From Bilabrum cf. latius (taxonomy: Eukaryota), in NCBI GenBank assembly GCA_965178125.1, contig OZ237748.1, forward strand, positions 682,001-746,000: a stretch of DNA of 64,000 nucleotides, given 5' to 3'. This document shows positions 56,489 to 64,000 of this stretch, piece by piece (within the stretch, counting starts at the first letter, position 1; the number at the start of each line of letters is the position of its first letter). A program made the position numbers and the translations under genes. The notes beneath the pieces were generated by a model. The model did not search any database. It was not told the DNA's origin and saw only the letters and a program-made list of their open reading frames with translations.

Positions 56489-56932
56489 TTACATACCATT
56501 TTCTTTTAATATTTTACTTGCTTCTCCTAGACTTACGCCATACTTCTTCATTACCGCACTCACTAATTTACCTCTTGCTTTAGCTTTTGGATTAGGTTTC
56601 CTCTTACGCTTAGCCTTTCCAAGTCCTACAGTCTTAAGTGCAGCATCAAGAGGGACACCAACTTCAGGGGCTACAAACTTAAGACCTGTTCGTATTGCCT
56701 TTCCTACATTACTTTTAATACCTTTTTTAATTGTTCGCCCTACTTTCTTGAATTTACGACCTACTTTTTTAAAAAAGCGTCCAACTTTTGAACCACCTTG
56801 AACACCATTCATTTGATAGTCTTCAAATAATTCAAGTAGTTTTTGCTTAAATTCGTCTTTTAAATTGTTGACTTTGGCATTAGAGGGTGATTTACCTAGT
56901 TGCTATAGTCTTTGTCTTATGAAATCGTCCAT
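56489..56932 (-). CDS. Basic virion core protein precursor
   Basis: VQGG/S putative cleavage site, amphipathic FFKKVGRKFKKVGRTIKKG, and C-terminal RGKLVSAVMKKYGVSLGEASKILKENG resembling virophage/polinton core proteins. Confidence 0.65.
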
Positions 56933-56966
56933 TATAATAAAGAACTATAATATTTCTTATTAATAT

Positions 56967-57785
56967 ATGGTTAAATTAACAAAGTAGTAGCTAAAGTATT
57001 ATTCACGATTTGATAATAAGATATTCAAGTCTTTTAAAATAAATAGAAGTGATATTTATTTAAATGGTTCATATTCATTTACTCATAATATGCTTTCACT
57101 TTGGGCTGGAGACATAGACCTATACTCTCCCGTTAAATTGTCTGATGTCAATAGTGTTATAAATGAATTAAAGACCTTAAGAGGTAGTAGATTAATACAT
57201 ATTTATAACGTTGAATATGATGATAATGGCGTCTCTTTAGATACATTTCTTGATACTAATAGACCTAAAATATTAAAATCTTTAAAATAGTAGAATAATC
57301 CTATGATATTCGTTGAAAGTTGGGTCTATACTGGATATATTGAAGAGGTTAGTATATTATATGATATTGGAGGTAAGATATTGAAAATGAAGCCTAAACA
57401 AGTAGCAGATAGGATGATAGATGACATAAAAGACTTACAAAAAGAACGAAAATATTTCAAGATATTAAAAAGACTAGATGTTATATATGACGAATTAGGG
57501 CAAAAGAAGAAACAGGAAGAGATTGAACAACTTATAAAGAATCCCGATGTAGGCTTTCTTTACTTGACTATTACAAGATTAAAAAGTTTATTACTTCCAA
57601 CAGTTCCATTTAAATTAAAAAATAGAGTTATTGATAGACTTAAGAATGATGTACGTAAATTAGGACTTATTAAACCAGTATATCAATACTTTAATACGTT
57701 CAATAGTAAAGATGTAAGTATTATAATTAAATATTTAGAAGACTAGCTCAATAAAAGGGTCGTTAAATTAGTTTCACATAATTGA
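56967..57785 (+). CDS. Pol-beta-superfamily nucleotidyltransferase-like protein (Sputnik V21-like)
   Basis: YLNGSYS...AGDIDLY (hGS...DhD); one frame with TAG only; ends TGA. Confidence 0.6.
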
Positions 57786-57979
57786 ATACACCTAAACGCC
57801 CAGAATTGCAGACATAATTTTCTTGATACTTATATATTTCCGCAATTTGGGGCGCCCTATATTGTGAGATTTTCATTAGATTGACCCGAAAATGTAAAAC
57901 CTCTAACAGCCTACGCGCCCAGAATTGCACAAATATATCTTAAATAGCTATAATATTACCGCAATTTGGGGCGGTCGTC

Positions 57980-58501
57980 TCACCAGTCACTATAAAATAG
58001 CTCGTCAATGTCTTCTTCGTTAAGTTTATTAACTTTTTCTGTCGGATGGAGGGGATTATCTGGTCGTATGTCATGTAAATAACACTTAAGTCTGAAAAAT
58101 TTTAGATATTCATAAATTAACTACATTTGAAAAAAGTCTTTTTTAAATAACCTTTCCCACTCAACGGATTGTTTAAATTGTTCTATACATTCATTTATTT
58201 TCATTGAATTAGCATAGTCAAAGTTGAATGTTTTTAAGTGATCAAAAGAAGACGATACATATCCGTTATCATTTAACGTAAAATCCATATCATAATAGTA
58301 CTTTTTACTGCAATTGATAATACATTCTCTATACTTACGAGCAATTAGAAGACAAGTTATATAATTAGTATAGCAATCTACTCTATCAGTTGTCATCATA
58401 TTACGCTACTCTTCTGCTTTCTTATAGTACTAATTAACTTTACATGAGTACTTATAAAATGATTTAATATATCTTTTTGAAATTAGAAGTTTGTGATCCA
58501 T
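57980..58501 (-). CDS. Viral hypothetical protein (173 aa)
   Basis: ATG to TGA with TAG read-through. Confidence 0.6.
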
Positions 58502-58646
58502 AATTCTATATATTTATATGATATTTTAATCATATTCTTAAGACTGTGCACTCTAAAATGAATATTTGAAATGGCTACTTCTCACAATATACCTTTTGAA
58601 CCCACTAATTATTAGAAAAATAATAAATATTAACATATAGTATATA

Positions 58647-59714
58647 ATGTCATTATCATACGATGAAATACCAAATAGTCATTTAGTTGCTTTAAGAGAA
58701 TACAAGCACAAGAAGAGGAACAAAAGCGTCTTTTTTAGTGAAGATGTAGGGGAAAAAGTCATAACTCCAGAAGATATAAGTGATGATTTACTTGAAGAGT
58801 ATTATGGAAAGAGAGCAATTAAATATGAGAAGAATAAAAAAGCATTACGTGAAGAGATGTGTAAGCTAGTGAATGGAAATAAAAAACTAGTTAGAAAGAC
58901 TAACGAGTTAAGAATAGATGATAAGAGTTAGTTTGAAATAGTCCCATTCTTTGATGATGAGACCAAAAGACAAATACACTATTTAAGTGGTTAGGCTGGT
59001 GCTGGTAAGTCTTATATTGCTAAGTCTTTACTCAAGTATTATCATATGTTCATTCCAAAGAAGAGGGTTTTAGTCATTACACCAGTACAGGAAACAAATC
59101 CAACTTATTTAAAATATGGTAATTTTATTGATATTGATAAATTAGTAGCAGTAGATAGAAACGATAGTTATGATGACTTAATGAGGAAATACAAAGAAGA
59201 AAAGATATTCTTTAGGTAGGAAAAGAAGTCATTAGAACCTCATGAATTAATTAAAAGAGAGATAGAGATAGAAAGAATGAAACCAACAAGTAAAGACAAG
59301 ACAAAGGCATCATTTACCACTACTCCATTGTATGAAGAATGGGCAAAATAGGGTCCTTCTGTGGTGGTATTTGATGATTATGAAGCCTTAAACGGTGATA
59401 AAAAGTAGAGAGCGTTATTCTTAATTAAGCGTATAGGTGAAGTTGGAAGACATAGCTCAACAAATATGATAGTTATAAGTCATTTAACGAATGATTATGC
59501 GAATACTAGGTCAATAGTCATGGAAAGTCATAATATTATTTTATTTAAGAGAAATCTATGGAAATTTAGCAAATATTTAATGAAAGCATATTTAGGATTT
59601 GATGCAAGTCTTATAAATCGTGTTTATAAATTGTTTGGAGAAGGTAATAGATGGCTATGTATTAATAAGACTTATAATTTTATCACTTGTCCTAAATAGA
59701 TGTTCGTATATTAA
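58647..59714 (+). CDS. FtsK-HerA/A32-like genome packaging ATPase
   Basis: Walker A YLSG*AGAGKS, Walker B VVVFDDYE, GRH motif, IVISH; ends TAA. Confidence 0.9.
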
Positions 59715-59733
59715 TTTTCTTAGTATTAAGTAT

Positions 59734-60282
59734 ATGGATATAACCACTGCATTAAGTCCTGAAGAGGTACAAAGACTATACTTTACATTTACAAAGTAGC
59801 ATATACCAGTTATAATGTATGAAGAAATAAGTGATACTAATAACATCAGACAATTTCTAGATGAAAATCCTTTATTTGTCCTTTATTATCCTAACTTAGT
59901 AGAAGGAGCAACAATGAGCGGTCATTATACTGCGGTCATATTTAATAAATCAAAGAATACTCTTTATTTTTGGGATAGTTATGGTCAATTACCTGATACT
60001 CATATTCCAGTCGTAGGAGGAGTCATAGACCCATAGAAGCTATATGATAGAAGTAGTCTTCTAATAGATCACGTATTAGATGCTGGTATTAATGTTGACT
60101 ATTCAAATCAAAAGAATCAATTAATATCAAATAACTCTGCCACATGCGGTCGGTGGAGTGTGCTCAGACTTCTCTTTCATAATTTAACGAATGATTAGTT
60201 TAATAGTCAATTAAAGAAGGCTTTTAAAAAGTATGGAGGAGGACTAGATAATGATGAACTTATTACTTTGATAATTAGTTAA
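59734..60282 (+). CDS. Virion maturation cysteine protease (adenain/Ulp1-like)
   Basis: GHYTAV (His), YFWDSYG (Asp), Q...SATCGRWS (Gln, Cys). Confidence 0.88.
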
Positions 60283-60629
60283 TATGACATATACCATAAA
60301 TTTTTAGATATTGAAAATTGATATCTATAAGGTGGCCATATTAAAAAGACTAAAATATAAAAATGAATACGGGTACGCGCCCAGAATTGCGGAAATATAT
60401 CTTAATATCCTAATATATTATCGCAATTTGGGGCGCTGGTATTATACTATATCTTAAGATACTAAATTTTTAAAATTTCGGAATATTGGATTTTTTCAAT
60501 GAGTCAAATAATTAATAAAAACTTTTTTAAAAAGTCAATACGGGTACGCGCCCAGAATTGCGGAAATATATCTTAAATAGCTATAATATTACCGCAATTT
60601 TGGGCGCTCGATATCTAAGTCTTAAGTAT

Positions 60630-61055
60630 ATGACTAATAGTAAAGTTCCCTCAAATATTTTGGATTCAAAACTATACCTTGATATCAAGAGTATTATTTA
60701 GGAGAAGTATCCTAAGTCTTCAGCATATAGGTCAATGTTAATAATTCGTAAATATAAAGACTTAGGGGGAAGACTATCAAAAAAGAAAAAATCAAGTAAT
60801 AATTTAAAAAGATGGTCTCGTGAGAAGTGGGTCAATCTTAGCCCGTATGTATTGGGTCTAGTAAAGTCTATTGATAAGTGTCCTTCTTGTGGTAGTAAGC
60901 ATCCAGAGTAGGGCATTATCCCGTCAATTTGTAGACCTACTATTAGGATCAATGATTCTACGCCTAATTTAGCTTACAAGTATTCAAAAGAATAGATGCT
61001 TAAAGCACTCATTAAAAAAATTAAGTCAAAAAGAATTGAGTGGACTAAATTATAA
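60630..61055 (+). CDS. DUF5872-like viral protein
   Basis: SAYRS...KYKDLGG...LKRWSREKWV...CG...CRP.IRI...TP pattern seen in giant viruses and phages; TAG read-through. Confidence 0.6.
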
Positions 61056-61167
61056 TAACTCAATACGGGTACGCGCCCAGAATTGCGGAAATATATCTTA
61101 AATAGCTATAATATTACCGCAATTTGGGGCATTAGACAAGACTTATTTTCTTGATAAATGTTATAGA

Positions 61168-62094
61168 ATGGTGGAGATTCAAGAACCAGATATCTTTTAT
61201 ATTAACTCATAGGATACTATAACATCTATTAATACTAATAGACCAGTATCAATACATGAACAGCGTCAAGGTAATATCTTGACAAATTCACAAAACTACT
61301 TATTATCACTTGACCGATGGACTCTTAAATGTCGTATTCCTTTATTTGTAGCAAGTAAAGAAGTAAAGAATAGCGATAATTAGTCAATTTATAAGATGTC
61401 GTTTGTGAAGAAGAGTGATGGAACTACTTACACTCGTAATATTGTCTTAACTAAGCCGTTATATTATAGTCTTAAGACCCTATCTAATGAATTTAATAAT
61501 ACTCTTAGTGATTTATGTGGAGATGCTAGTATTCCAACTGATAGTATAGTATTTGAATATCACGGTAAGACTAAAACATTTAGTTTCACCCGTTTAGCCG
61601 CTTTTACAAGTGCGTGGACTTTAAGTTTTAACTTTCCTTTATTCTCTATATTTGAGACATTTGAATATGACGATGAAGGTAAAGACATCAAGAGTGATAC
61701 TTATATAAATCTATTAGATGGATATAATGAATAGAGTGCTTCTACCTTAGATTAGTTTCCTACTATGGAGTATATTCAAATTATTAGTCCATCACTTCCA
61801 ATACTTCCAGAATTTACGCCATCATATAAAAGTACATCTAGTACAGAGATACAAAGTGAAAATATCTTAAGTGATTTCAAGATAGACAATACAACAGGAA
61901 CGAGTTTTATTAAAATAAACTTTAGTAGTGGAGGAAATCATAGATGGCAATAGTTCTATAGATCAGCATTTAATAGTTATAGTATAGTACCGTATTTTAG
62001 AGATACTTTTGGAAACTTATACGAAATACCCTTTACTTTTGGACAAGGACTTAATATAAAAGCTCTATTTAAAAGTAAAAAGTTAATAACTTAA
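61168..62094 (+). CDS. Minor capsid (penton) protein
   Basis: EQRQGNILTNSQNYFISLDRW...IPLF N-terminus, ILSDF, IKALFKSK C-terminus; lies directly upstream of the MCP. Confidence 0.8.
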
Positions 62095-62136
62095 AGTAAA
62101 AAATAAATAAATATCTTTAGTCTTAATATATTTATA

Positions 62137-64000
62137 ATGTCTGATATGGATAATGTACCTGTAGCAGCACAAAGCAAAGTCGTAGATGACGTCTCAGAAC
62201 TACCAGTAACTCAAATAGCTGACGAAAAACTCAACTTTGTGGGTGATAGTCAAGCTATTACTCTAGGAACTACCCTTGGATACTCTTCCAAGTTCCAAAA
62301 CCACTATGAACCAGATGGTGGTAACTCTAGCGCAACTAATGCATTTAGAAGTAATTACACTTTTGTCGTGCCATCAAATCAAGGAATGACTGACAGTAAT
62401 CCCCGTCTAAGAGTTTCATTTGACGTATACATCTATGATAGTTAGAACAATGGAGCAGTAGCTCAAACTGATATCGTCAATAAGGTAGCCCCTTCTACAT
62501 TTATGGTAAATTCAATGATCACAAGTTCCACAGTTAAAATGGGAGACTTATCTCGTAGTTCATCACCTTATCAATTAGTCAATTTAATAGCTAGAAGTCT
62601 TGACCGTGCCACTCTAGCACAAATAAGTCCTGTCTTTTAGGCTGATAACACTTGGGAATTTAATACTGCCGCAAATGGTCTTGCTAAGTCTGTCCTTCAA
62701 TGGGGTGTAAATGATGATAGTATTATGGAAGCTCGCGGTCCTGGTAAGAATTACCGCGCAACACTTGAAAAAGTGGATGCTAATACTCCAATACCTAATA
62801 ATAATGTAACACCAACTCAAGACTATGTCAAATTACATATTGAAATCTCTGAAGCACTTCTTGCACGTCCTTTCCAATATATGATGGGTGGTAATGCTAG
62901 ACCTTTTGTTGATCATCCACAATTAAATGTTAATTTACAAATGAGAAATAACTTAATTGATAAGATGTTTAATACTTCAAGTGATTGGAATGGAGACTAT
63001 GCTTTTGCTTTATCCGATTGCTAGATCCATTTTGATGTCTTTACTTATAATACTCATCTTAACTTCTTGAAGAAAGTACCTAAACAAATATTCTACAACT
63101 CTGTTGACTTTGAACTACATGAAGAGCCTAAACTTGATAATCCTATCACTACTAAAGGTGTCCATACTTTTAATAATTATCAACTTTAGACTTGCCCTTC
63201 TTGGTTTGCTGTGTGCTTAGTTGATTCTCAATATGGAGAAGCTAGTGGTACACCTCATAGAACACTTGCCATTAACAATATTAAAGTACAACTTAGGTCT
63301 TAGGGTTCTATTTTAGGAGAACTTACACAAGACGATATCTTTAGACTTAGTGAAAGAAATGGATCAAATAGTGAGTATGCTTCTTTTACTAACTTAGATG
63401 TAACTGTAGGAGGTGCTTCTAAAGTATACGGATCTAATGGCTGGCTCTTATTTAGACTTAGTGATTTAAATACTCCTGAAACTATTCAAAGCAACAGTGC
63501 TGACCCTATTAGTATTCGTGTTCAAGTAGCCTATGACGAACCCCCAACCGCTGCTATGTCTCAAGGATATAAAGCTCAATTATTCTGTGCCTATGACAAG
63601 ATTATCGTGAATACTAGAGGTGCCGCTATTGAATGGCGTGAAGATAGTGCTTCTGTTGACCCTGAGAAAGTGGCTAAACCTTCTAATTATACATTTTCTA
63701 ATATGAACTACTCTAAGAACGTATTAGGTGGAAGACGTCGTAAAGTGATGCAATTCTTTAAGAGAGCCTTTAACAAAGCTAAAGACTTAGGACGTAAAGT
63801 GGTAGACTTTGGAAAGAAAGCTAAAGCTAAATTTGATAAAGTGAAACCAGCTCTTCGTAAAGCAAGACAAGCAGTAAGTGAATACTTACCCGATGAAGTG
63901 AATGACCTAGCTGAACGTGTTGGAGCAGGTCTTTTAACTAGTGGTGGAAGTCTTTTGACCAGTGGAGGTAAGAAATTAACTAAGGCTCAACTTATGAAAC
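62137..64000 (+). CDS. Major capsid protein (double jelly-roll), 3' end outside window
   Basis: More than 620 codons open with TAG=Gln; beta-rich; FVVPS, ISEALLARPF; basic C-terminal tail after VLGG with repeated LLTSGG. Confidence 0.8.

Larger units (their letters stand above)
46361..61130. repeat. Dispersed ~70-bp hairpin repeat, about 15 copies
   Basis: CGCCC(G/C)AAATTGCG-AT loop-CGCAATTCTGGGCG+CGTAGG(T/C)GTATTGA. Forward at ~46361, 46757, 47051, 47224, 47462, 51374, 52828, 53259, 54854; reverse at ~48175, 57783, 57910, 60365, 60535, 61060. Confidence 0.93.
46059..64000. mobile_element. Endogenous virophage (Lavidaviridae/Maveriviricetes-like) with retroviral-type integrase; right end outside window
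   Basis: Abrupt switch from GC-rich to very AT-rich, intronless, dense genes. All four virophage morphogenesis genes (ATPase, protease, penton, MCP) plus rve integrase; starts with TG. Confidence 0.9.

Noticed and set aside
46059-64000. Bacteriophage or bacterial contamination, or a classical Polinton
   Set aside because: Virophage-type penton, MCP, protease and ATPase, a junction inside a host gene and a shared code; no pPolB seen, though a PLV-like affinity cannot be excluded without HMMs.

Overview
Eukaryotic (protist-type) nuclear DNA with GC-rich, mostly intron-poor genes, GT-AG introns and TTAGGG telomere repeats. TAG is a sense codon, almost certainly Gln, while TAA and TGA remain stops; the supplied ORF track is therefore fragmented at every TAG. 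1-17411: poly(A)-binding protein, a Q-rich C2H2 zinc-finger gene, an HtrL/YibB-like gene, an ankyrin gene, a small membrane protein and two tandem fatty-acid elongases, then a 200-N gap. 17612-22700: two (CCCTAA)n tracts interleaved with 5'-truncated ORF ends and 155-, 331- and 53-bp tandem repeats, resembling a chain of telomere-attached retroelements. 25000-46058: a foldback element, a frameshifted ankyrin/coiled-coil/PX/kinase gene, an exon-per-repeat ankyrin gene, a huge divergent Vps54-like gene full of recurring DNA words, HSP10, and a bulb-type lectin gene whose 5' part is cut off. 46059-64000: an AT-rich endogenous virophage (rve integrase with chromodomain, GIY-YIG nuclease, packaging ATPase, cysteine protease, penton and major capsid protein, nucleotidyltransferase, Tlr6F-like and core proteins). 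Its genes use the host TAG=Gln code and it carries about 15 copies of a ~70-bp GC-rich hairpin repeat. All family assignments come from motif recognition by eye, not database searches.
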